Virus record (IMG/VR): IMGVR_UViG_3300023257_000007
Location: 124,001 to 188,000 of that record
Length of the DNA: 64,000 nucleotides
Reading direction: 5' to 3' (one strand)
The notes under the pieces were generated by a model, which saw nothing but the letters and a program-made list of their open reading frames with translations, made no database searches and was not told the origin of the DNA. Shown one piece after another: positions 56,646 through 64,000 of this stretch; within the stretch, counting starts at the first letter, position 1; each line of letters begins with the position of its first letter. A program made the position numbers and the translations under genes.

Positions 56646-59600
56646 ATGACGAAAAAACTTGAAGAACGATATAAAAAATTAACCCATCGTGAGCATATTC
56701 TACAACGACCAGAAACATATATTGGTTCAACTGTCACAGAACTTAAAAAAATGTTCATTATCGAAGATATAAATGATATTAAAAATTTAAATATTGTAAA
56801 TCAAATGGTACATTATAATCCAGGTTTTATTAAAATATTTGATGAAATAATTACAAATGCATCAGATCATTATATTAGAACAAAAAAAGTCAAATATATT
56901 AAAGTTATTATAGAAAAAGATCATATTTCAATTGAAAATGATGGTCCTGGCATACCAGTAGAAATACATAAAAAAGAAAAAATTTATGTACCAGAATTAA
57001 TATTCGGTCACCTTTTAACTGGAGAAAATTATGACGATACAGAAGAAAGAATAGTAGGCGGTAGAAACGGATATGGTTCAAAACTCACTAATACATACTC
57101 AACGAAATTTATTGTAGAAACTGCAGATGGTACAAATAAATATAAACAAGAATTTTCAAATAATCTTGAAATAAAAGGTAAACCAAAAATTACAAAAAAT
57201 AAAAAGAATTTTACAAAAATAACATTCTATCCAGATTTTAATAGATTTGGTCTAACAGAAATTACAGAAGAACTTCAACAAATAATGCTGAAAAGATGTG
57301 TGGACATATCTGTATATTGTCCAAATGTAAAAGTATATTATAACAATACATTAATACCTGTTAAAACATTTAAAGACTATATGAAAATGTATGTTGAAGA
57401 CCAAGACTATTTTTATGAAAAAGTAAACACATCATGGGAGATTGGAGTATCCAAATCCGAAGACGATTTATTCCAACAAATATCAATGGTAAATAGTATA
57501 TCAACTTATCAAGGTGGAACTCATGTTAATTTTATAACTAAACAAATAACAAAAGGTGTTGCTGATATCTTAAATAAGAAATATAAAAATATTAATATTA
57601 AAGAAGCAGATATTAAAAGAAACCTTTTCATATTCGTTAATTCTAAAATAGTAAATCCTTCTTTTGATACACAAACAAAAGAAAACCTAATAACAAGAAT
57701 GACACAGAAAAACACTGAAGGTGTAAACATATCAGATAAATTCTTGAAATTGCTAGCTTCTTCAGAAATAATGGAGAGCGTTCTTAGATATATCGAAGCA
57801 AAAGAAAAATCATCATTGGCTAAAGAAAGTGGTAAGAAGGTTTCTAAAGTTAGGATTAAAAAACTTGACGATGCAAATAAAGCAGGTACTACTCAATCAC
57901 AAAAATGTATGTTATTCTTAACAGAAGGTGATTCAGCTTTATCTACGGCTTTATCAGGATTCGCAGTAACAGGTAGAGATTATTATGGAGCATTCCCCTT
58001 GAAAGGAAAACCTTTGAATGTCAGAGACATCGCAATGGATAAAATACGAGCCAATGAAGAAATTAAAAACATAGTATCAGCATTAGGATTAGAATATGGT
58101 AAAAAATATAAATCAACAAAAGATCTGAGATATGGCAAAGTTGTTATTATGTCTGACCAAGATTTGGATGGATATCACATTAAAGGATTATTAATAAATC
58201 TATTTGATACATTTTGGCCCGAATTATTACAATTAGATTTTTTATATGAATTTATAACACCAATTGTTAAAGTAACAAAAGGAAAACAATATAAATATTT
58301 CTACAGATTAGAAGAATATAGAAAATGGAAAAATAGCTCAGATACAAAAGGATTTTTTGTTAAATATTATAAAGGTCTTGGTACAATAGAACCAAAGGAA
58401 TCTAAAAGATTTTTCAAAAATATCGCAAAACACTTAATAAGATTTAATTATAAAGATGAAGAAAAAACCGAAAATCTTATTGATTTAGCTTTCAATAAAA
58501 AAAGAGCAGAAGATAGGAAAAAATGGTTACTTAACTATAATCCAGCCAACGAAATAGATAAATTCACAACAAAAACAACTATTGATTCATTTATAGACGA
58601 TGAACTAATAGAATTTTCAATGGCAGATAATATAAGATCAATACCTTCATTGTTAGATGGTTTAAAACCATCACAAAGGAAAATCTTATTTACAATGTTT
58701 TTGAATAATTATAAAAATGAAGTTAAAGTCAATCAACTAAGTGGTTCTATTATTGATAAATCAGCATATCACCATGGACCTGCTAGTTTAGAACAAGGCA
58801 TAGTTGGAATGGCACAAAATTTTGTTGGTTCCAATAATATAAACTTATTAGTACCAAATGGTCAATTTGGTACAAGAATAACTGGTGGTAAAGATAGCTC
58901 TGCGTCAAGATATATCTTCACAAAATTAAATAAAATATCTAATGTTATTTTTGATAAAAGAGATACAGATGTTTTAAATCACAATTATGATGATGGTAAG
59001 AAAATAGAACCTGAATATTATATACCAGTAATACCAATGATACTTGTAAATGGTGCAAAAGGAATCGGAACAGGTTATTCTACAGATATTACACAATTTA
59101 ATCCTGTTGATATAATAGAATATTATGAAAACAAACTCACTAAAAAGAAAACAGACAAAATAATAAAGCCTTGGTTCAATGGATTTAAAGGTGAAATTAA
59201 ATGGGATGAAGAAAATGGTAGATATCTAACAAAAGGTATTTATGAGAAATTAAATGCAACAACAATTAGAATAACAGAATTACCAATCGGTACCTGGAAT
59301 GATAAATATTTTGATCATTTAGATAAATTAATTGATAGAAAAGTTATTAAAGATTATACCAAAAATTGTACTGATATAGAAATAGATATTACTATTAATA
59401 TAGGTAGAGAAGAAATCCAAAATATTGATAGTATTAATAAAGTTTTTAATCTTATTAGTTATATAAGCCTAGACAACTTAAACGTGATGGATAAAGAAGG
59501 TAAAATAAAGAAATATAAAGATCAATATGAAATATTAGATGATTTCTTAGTTATAAGATTAAATTATTATAAATTAAGAAAAGAAAATATGTTAGCTAAA

Positions 59601-59909
59601 TTAAAACGTGAAAAATCTATTCTTTATAATAAAATGAAATTTATCAAATATATTCTAGAAGATAAACTGGATTTTAAAAACAAAAAAAGAGTAACAATAG
59701 AAAAATCCATGATCGAATTAGGCTTAAAAAAAATTGATGATAATCTAGATTATTTGTTAAATATGAACTTTTTATCATTAAGTAATGAAAAATTACGTGA
59801 TTTAAAAAACACATATGAAAATAAAAAGAGTGAAATTGATGTTATTCAAAATATATCAATAAATAAAATGTGGTTAACTGATTTACAAAATGTTAAAAAA
59901 TTATTATAA
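56646..59909 (+). CDS. Single-polypeptide type IIA DNA topoisomerase
   Basis: REHILQRPETYIGS, DEIITNASD, GGRNGYGSKL, TEGDSA, PLKGK, DQDLDG, RSIPSLLDGLKPSQRK, AYHHG, SASRYIF. Confidence 0.93.
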   Translation: MTKKLEERYKKLTHREHILQRPETYIGSTVTELKKMFIIEDINDIKNLNIVNQMVHYNPGFIKIFDEIITNASDHYIRTKKVKYIKVIIEKDHISIENDGPGIPVEIHKKEKIYVPELIFGHLLTGENYDDTEERIVGGRNGYGSKLTNTYSTKFIVETADGTNKYKQEFSNNLEIKGKPKITKNKKNFTKITFYPDFNRFGLTEITEELQQIMLKRCVDISVYCPNVKVYYNNTLIPVKTFKDYMKMYVEDQDYFYEKVNTSWEIGVSKSEDDLFQQISMVNSISTYQGGTHVNFITKQITKGVADILNKKYKNINIKEADIKRNLFIFVNSKIVNPSFDTQTKENLITRMTQKNTEGVNISDKFLKLLASSEIMESVLRYIEAKEKSSLAKESGKKVSKVRIKKLDDANKAGTTQSQKCMLFLTEGDSALSTALSGFAVTGRDYYGAFPLKGKPLNVRDIAMDKIRANEEIKNIVSALGLEYGKKYKSTKDLRYGKVVIMSDQDLDGYHIKGLLINLFDTFWPELLQLDFLYEFITPIVKVTKGKQYKYFYRLEEYRKWKNSSDTKGFFVKYYKGLGTIEPKESKRFFKNIAKHLIRFNYKDEEKTENLIDLAFNKKRAEDRKKWLLNYNPANEIDKFTTKTTIDSFIDDELIEFSMADNIRSIPSLLDGLKPSQRKILFTMFLNNYKNEVKVNQLSGSIIDKSAYHHGPASLEQGIVGMAQNFVGSNNINLLVPNGQFGTRITGGKDSSASRYIFTKLNKISNVIFDKRDTDVLNHNYDDGKKIEPEYYIPVIPMILVNGAKGIGTGYSTDITQFNPVDIIEYYENKLTKKKTDKIIKPWFNGFKGEIKWDEENGRYLTKGIYEKLNATTIRITELPIGTWNDKYFDHLDKLIDRKVIKDYTKNCTDIEIDITINIGREEIQNIDSINKVFNLISYISLDNLNVMDKEGKIKKYKDQYEILDDFLVIRLNYYKLRKENMLAKLKREKSILYNKMKFIKYILEDKLDFKNKKRVTIEKSMIELGLKKIDDNLDYLLNMNFLSLSNEKLRDLKNTYENKKSEIDVIQNISINKMWLTDLQNVKKLL

Positions 59910-59947
59910 TATTTTATTTTTTTGAATAATTATTATATATTTGTATT

Positions 59948-60337
59948 ATGGAAAGGGAATATGAAAAATTAAAATTTATACTTAATAAAAAACCCCATAA
60001 AAGAGGTATAACTAACTATAATAAATATTGGGATAGTTTAAGAAAAGAATCAGAAGAAGAATATTTTAGACAACAATATGAATTAGTAGAAGATGAATTA
60101 CATGTGTGGTTTAGTAGAAAAACTGTTACTTCATTTATGTATAAATTATTTATTGGTTTATCTATAGTATTTATATTTTTGAATGTTATATTAGCTTTAA
60201 TTTTCTTAGTGTTATCTTTTATTTCACAATTATATATGAAACACAGTGACCAAAAAATTATAAGTACACAATTTTTTTACCGACTATTAGAAATAGATGA
60301 AAAAACTGAACCTTTTTCAGAAATAGATAAAAATTGA
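59948..60337 (+). CDS. Two-TM membrane protein
   Basis: Hydrophobic stretch FMYKLFIGLSIVFIFLNVILALIFLVLSFISQLY. Confidence 0.65.
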   Translation: MEREYEKLKFILNKKPHKRGITNYNKYWDSLRKESEEEYFRQQYELVEDELHVWFSRKTVTSFMYKLFIGLSIVFIFLNVILALIFLVLSFISQLYMKHSDQKIISTQFFYRLLEIDEKTEPFSEIDKN

Positions 60338-60364
60338 AAACTTAAAAAATTGTTTAAAAAAATT

Positions 60365-60392
60365 AAAACCAATCTGGTATCAGATTGGTTTT
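60365..60392. terminator. Bidirectional terminator
   Basis: AAAACCAATCTG-gtat-CAGATTGGTTTT. Confidence 0.75.
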
Positions 60393-60416
60393 AAAATTTA
60401 TATTAAATTTATTACT

Positions 60417-60809
60417 TTATAATGTAGGTAAATTTGAAGTTGGTCCTGACATTAATCGACCAGATTGTTTTGCTGGCATATAAACCCATTTTGTATGTTT
60501 TTTATCAATACCAATCAATCCTCTAAATTTATCTACTTCTGCTTCTTTTACTAATTCATCAACATCTTTTTTAGTTAACTTTAATTTAGTTCTATGTGTT
60601 TGTAAAATCTTTTGTTTATGTTTAGTATTTTTATTTAGTTTATTAAATTTTTCTAATATATCACCTTCTACACCAAGTTTTGTCATCAATTCAGTCCAAC
60701 CTTTTTTTACTTTTTCTAAATTTGCTTTATCTTCTTTTGACATAAATGAAAAACCTTCATCTATTTGATTCTCTTTTGAGAATGATTCATATGTCATTAA
60801 ATGTTTCAT
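60417..60809 (-). CDS. Basic hypothetical protein with CTS-like leader (MKHLMTYESF...IDE|G)
   Basis: 130 aa; TTTAATATATAA upstream. Confidence 0.7.
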   Translation of the reverse strand: MKHLMTYESFSKENQIDEGFSFMSKEDKANLEKVKKGWTELMTKLGVEGDILEKFNKLNKNTKHKQKILQTHRTKLKLTKKDVDELVKEAEVDKFRGLIGIDKKHTKWVYMPAKQSGRLMSGPTSNLPTL

Positions 60810-60927
60810 AATTTTAATTTTATTTTTCTTTATTTTATATATTAAACAAAAAAATTCATTTTTTAATCCATTGAAATTTTTAATTTTTGAAAAAATTCCG
60901 TATATTTAATTAAACTAAAACACTAAA

Positions 60928-61296
60928 ATGAAAAAATTAATTAAAATATTGATAACAATTTATAACGTAATATCAATACCTAGTATATTAATACACGAAC
61001 TTCTACACATAATTGCAACCTATTTAACAGGAAACACAGTTAATTGGTATAATTCAGAATTTAGATGTTATCTAGACACCGGTGAAATGTATGCCTCTGT
61101 AGTAATTAATAAAAAATTAACAAAGGTAAAATCAGCAATAATATCTATGGCTCCTATATTTGCGGTATTGTTAACTCTATCTTTAAGTTTTATTTCCCCT
61201 TTCTTTATATATATATTAGCTTACCAAGCAACAACTTTCATATATTCATTACCAAGCAAAACCGATTTTGAAGATTTTTTAGACTTATTAGAATAA
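60928..61296 (+). CDS. Small membrane-embedded HExxH metallopeptidase (DUF3267/M50-like)
   Basis: LIHELLHIIA within a hydrophobic helix; 'SMAP' and 'LPSKTDF'. Confidence 0.55.
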   Translation: MKKLIKILITIYNVISIPSILIHELLHIIATYLTGNTVNWYNSEFRCYLDTGEMYASVVINKKLTKVKSAIISMAPIFAVLLTLSLSFISPFFIYILAYQATTFIYSLPSKTDFEDFLDLLE

Positions 61297-61331
61297 TTAT
61301 TATATATTAAATATAAAATAAAATTTTATTA

Positions 61332-61826
61332 ATGATCGGCCCTTTTGAAGGTAAATATGAGTTTCTAAGTAATTTCTACAATTTTTATAAGAAACATGGA
61401 ATTATGATTTCATTCAATGGTATTGAATGTGAAACATCTGAACATGCATATCAAGCTGCAAAATCAACCACTTTTGATGATTTCATGTATGTTATGAATT
61501 CATCTACAGCATCAAAATCTAAAAAAAGAGGCAAAGAAATTAAGAAAAGAATTGATTGGAGAGAAGCTAAATTTAAAGTTATGTATGAAGTTTGTAGAAG
61601 AAAATTTGAAATACCAGAACTTAAACAACTTTTGTTAAATACAGAAGAAGAAGAACTCATAGAACTTAATTGGTGGGGAGATGAAGTATTTGGTGTCAAT
61701 AGCAATACAATGAAAGGCGAAAATCATCTCGGTAAAATATTAATGAAAATAAGAGATGAGTTTAACGGTAAAGTTGATGAAAATAAATCAACTGGACTCG
61801 GCAAAATATTATTTCCAGATGAATGA
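61332..61826 (+). CDS. NADAR (YbiA-like) family hydrolase
   Basis: LSNFY, SEHAYQAAK, DW...K..VM......KF, LLNT....LIE...D..FG, GENHLGKILMKIR. Confidence 0.9.
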   Translation: MIGPFEGKYEFLSNFYNFYKKHGIMISFNGIECETSEHAYQAAKSTTFDDFMYVMNSSTASKSKKRGKEIKKRIDWREAKFKVMYEVCRRKFEIPELKQLLLNTEEEELIELNWWGDEVFGVNSNTMKGENHLGKILMKIRDEFNGKVDENKSTGLGKILFPDE

Positions 61827-62386
61827 TAATTATTGGTATTAGTGGAAAAATTGGTAGTGGTAAAGATACTGTCACCAATTCAATTATTAAAAACTTCAAA
61901 GAATACAAATTTAAAAATAAAAAATTTGCACATTATGTTAAAAAAATCTGTGCACTTCTCACAGGTATAAATCTTAAAGTGCTCACTAATAGACAAACAA
62001 AAGAAAAATATCTAGAAGATTGGGGAATGACAGTTGGTAGGATGTTTCAATTAATAGGAACAGAATCAATTAGAAATAATTTACACCCTGATGCCTGGAT
62101 TTTAACACTAGTTGCCAACAGCAAAGGACAAAATGTTATTATATCAGATGTAAGATTTAAAAATGAAGCAAATTACATAAAAAATAATGGTGGTATTCTA
62201 ATAAGATTGGAAGGCGATCCAAAAGAAATAAGAGGAAAAGATGGTAGAGATTTAAATCATATATCAGAAACAGATTTAGACGATTATGAAGATTTTGACA
62301 TAATATGGAACAACAAACCACCCATCGAAAATCTCAAAAACTTAATGAAAATAATAAAAGATAAGATAAATGAAAAATATAACTAA
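61823..62386 (+). CDS. Deoxynucleoside monophosphate kinase (T4 gp1-like)
   Basis: GISGKIGSGKDT, FA..VK, R.FQLIGTE..R....D.WI, ISDVRFKNEA, H.SET.LD. Confidence 0.85.
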   Translation: MIIIGISGKIGSGKDTVTNSIIKNFKEYKFKNKKFAHYVKKICALLTGINLKVLTNRQTKEKYLEDWGMTVGRMFQLIGTESIRNNLHPDAWILTLVANSKGQNVIISDVRFKNEANYIKNNGGILIRLEGDPKEIRGKDGRDLNHISETDLDDYEDFDIIWNNKPPIENLKNLMKIIKDKINEKYN

Positions 62387-62687
62387 AGTTTATGAAATAA
62401 AAGACTCTAAAATTGATATAACAATCAATTATGGTTTAGATAAAGAACAAATATTAAATCACCCAATATCTTTTGATGAAAAAAATCCACATATATTATA
62501 TGTATTTCTTTCAAGTAAAGAAATGGAAAAACATACAGATTGGTTATGGGAAAATAAAGAAAATAATCCTTTCGTAGTTGTTATGTTAACACAATACGAA
62601 GAAAAAGATTTCGATGAAATAGAATCAAGCATAGATTTATTATATACTTCTGTAAAAGAAAAATTTGAAAATAAGAATGACAATTAG
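62370..62687 (+). CDS. Hypothetical protein
   Basis: 105 aa, in the operon. Confidence 0.55.
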   Translation: MKNITKVYEIKDSKIDITINYGLDKEQILNHPISFDEKNPHILYVFLSSKEMEKHTDWLWENKENNPFVVVMLTQYEEKDFDEIESSIDLLYTSVKEKFENKNDN

Positions 62688-62931
62688 TGAACTATTTGAA
62701 AAAGAAAGACCAATGTATGTTATTTGTGTAAAATCAGATTCAGCTTATAATGTATCTGAAGGTACAAAATATAAAATTGAATCTTATACTACTAGAAGTC
62801 TTAAATTATTCATGTTATTTAAAAATGATAATAATGATGAATTAGAATTACAAGTAGGTGAATCTTCAAAACATTTTATACCAATTATTTCTGATAGAAA
62901 AAGAAAATTAGATAGAGTGAGAGGATTATAA
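62677..62931 (+). CDS. Hypothetical protein
   Basis: ATG at 62677, in frame with the track ORF. Confidence 0.5.
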   Translation: MTISELFEKERPMYVICVKSDSAYNVSEGTKYKIESYTTRSLKLFMLFKNDNNDELELQVGESSKHFIPIISDRKRKLDRVRGL

Positions 62932-63216
62932 TTATCTTTTAACATCTCTAATAACTTTATCCATTCCTTTTTTCATATCTTCTATTAAAGATAATATAGT
63001 TTTATATTGTGGATCTTTTTTATGATATTTATCTAATTCTTGATATAATCTTTGTAATTCTTCTTCAAAATCTGGTCGTTTATTTTGTTTGCCAGTTTTT
63101 ATTCCTTTAGTATAAACAGTTCCTTCCTCATCTACAAACCTATTTCTCCAATTCCAACCTATAGGCCCAATTTTATTTTCATTAACATAATCATCAAAAT
63201 TACAAATATGTTTCAT
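62932..63216 (-). CDS. Hypothetical protein with CTS-like leader (MKHICNFDDYVNE)
   Basis: 94-aa lone - strand gene within a + strand block. Confidence 0.65.
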   Translation of the reverse strand: MKHICNFDDYVNENKIGPIGWNWRNRFVDEEGTVYTKGIKTGKQNKRPDFEEELQRLYQELDKYHKKDPQYKTILSLIEDMKKGMDKVIRDVKR

Positions 63217-63298
63217 AATATTTAGATATTTTTATCTAAATATTAAAAAACTTAAATTATTTTTTATACTAAGTAAGTAAATCTAAAATTTTAACTTC

Positions 63299-63730
63299 AT
63301 GAAAAAAACTATGACGATTGATTATAACGAATATATGTCTTTAATCAATAGTAAAGATGAACTTCGAAAACAAATGGAAATACTTAAAAAAGAAGTCTTT
63401 AAGAAAAACGAAGAATTATCTTTTATTAAAGATAATGCGGAAGAAATATTAGTAATTGAAAAAACAGAAGATGGTTCAAAAATAGAAAGCAGAAGAAAAG
63501 AAAAAGATGTTATATCAAGTATTGTTAATGAAAATATGAAATTAATGGAAAAATTAGAAAAGACAAAAGAAAAATTATCAGAACTTAAAGATGAGTTTGA
63601 TTTAATAAAATATGAATATGAAGATTATTTAAAACTAAACCATGAATTAAAAATAAATAATTTTGAAAATAAAATTCAAAAATTAGAAAAAAGAAATATT
63701 CTACAAAGAATAATAAATAAAAAACAATGA
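63299..63730 (+). CDS. Coiled-coil hypothetical protein
   Basis: 143 aa, K/E/L heptads. Confidence 0.6.
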   Translation: MKKTMTIDYNEYMSLINSKDELRKQMEILKKEVFKKNEELSFIKDNAEEILVIEKTEDGSKIESRRKEKDVISSIVNENMKLMEKLEKTKEKLSELKDEFDLIKYEYEDYLKLNHELKINNFENKIQKLEKRNILQRIINKKQ

Positions 63731-64000
63731 AAATGGCTTTTATCTATTTAATTGAAAGTGACAACGAACATGAAAAATTATATAAGATAGGTTTTACAAG
63801 AAATAACGATGTCAAAAAAAGATTAAAACAACTTAAAATTGGTAATACATCTAAATTAACAATAATAGAAAAATTTGAAACAAACCACAATAGAAAAGTA
63901 GAAATTACACTACACAATATTTATTCAGTAAAAAATATTGATGGAGAATGGTTTAAACTTGAAAATTATGATGTTGATAATTTTTTAGAAAATTGTTCTA
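63727..64000 (+). CDS. GIY-YIG-like T5orf172/MUG113-family protein (3'-truncated by the window)
   Basis: FIYLIES...YKIGFT...KKRLKQL..GN......VE..LH......GEWF. Not in the ORF track. Confidence 0.8.
   Translation, partial: MKMAFIYLIESDNEHEKLYKIGFTRNNDVKKRLKQLKIGNTSKLTIIEKFETNHNRKVEITLHNIYSVKNIDGEWFKLENYDVDNFLENCS

Noticed and set aside
2360-62871. Many short opposite-strand or overlapping ORFs in the track (for example 2360..2659, 4946..5215, 7372..7575, 11602..11934, 13808..14122, 22237..22419, 25067..25366, 53258..53581, 57521..57730)
   Set aside because: They are shadows of well-supported genes, with Ser/Leu/Phe/Ile-rich antisense composition, no promoter and no recognisable motif.
1-64000. 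Stop-codon reassignment (as in Lak-type phages)
   Set aside because: Conserved genes are full length in the standard code, coding density is high, and TAA, TAG (28457-28459) and TGA all end genes at plausible positions.
1-64000. tRNA, rRNA, CRISPR array or transposase
   Set aside because: No cloverleaf-like GC-rich segments in the intergenic gaps, no regularly spaced repeat-spacer pattern and no transposase motifs were seen.
63727-64000. GIY-YIG-like ORF as a mobile homing endonuclease
   Set aside because: It matches the short T5orf172-type domain, is truncated by the window edge, and shows no intron or insertion context.

Overview
A very AT-rich, gene-dense 64-kb segment of a T4-like jumbo (huge) myophage genome, read in the standard genetic code. 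Replication, recombination and nucleotide genes lie mostly on the + strand: the tail of an NAD-dependent ligase (BRCT), UvsX, gp41 helicase, class II RNR, gp32 SSB, endonuclease IV, DinG-like helicase, single-chain type IIA topoisomerase, NADAR and dNMP kinase. Late and structural genes lie mostly on the - strand: a baseplate operon (gp53-, gp27- and gp5-like genes plus a YkuD-like cell-wall enzyme), a tail-tube-like gene and very large virion proteins. A Bacteroidota host is inferred from the NrdJ type, the lack of Shine-Dalgarno sites and Bacteroidota-style accessory domains. The most striking unexplained pattern is about 20 unrelated ORFs that share a short N-terminal leader (MK[YH][LI]K[TK][FY]E.F / F..F[IL]NE) resembling the T4 capsid-targeting sequence, many directly behind a TT[AT][AT]TATATA promoter. 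Their cargo includes a CCA-adding enzyme, a DHH phosphoesterase, an HExxH metalloprotease and a tandem Z-alpha-like winged-helix protein. Promoter or promoter+leader cassettes are duplicated at the DNA level, including an exact 59-bp direct repeat bracketing the protease gene. This suggests a modular, expandable system for packaging and injecting effector proteins. No tRNA, rRNA, CRISPR array or transposase was found. All family assignments come from motif recognition by eye; no database search was run.
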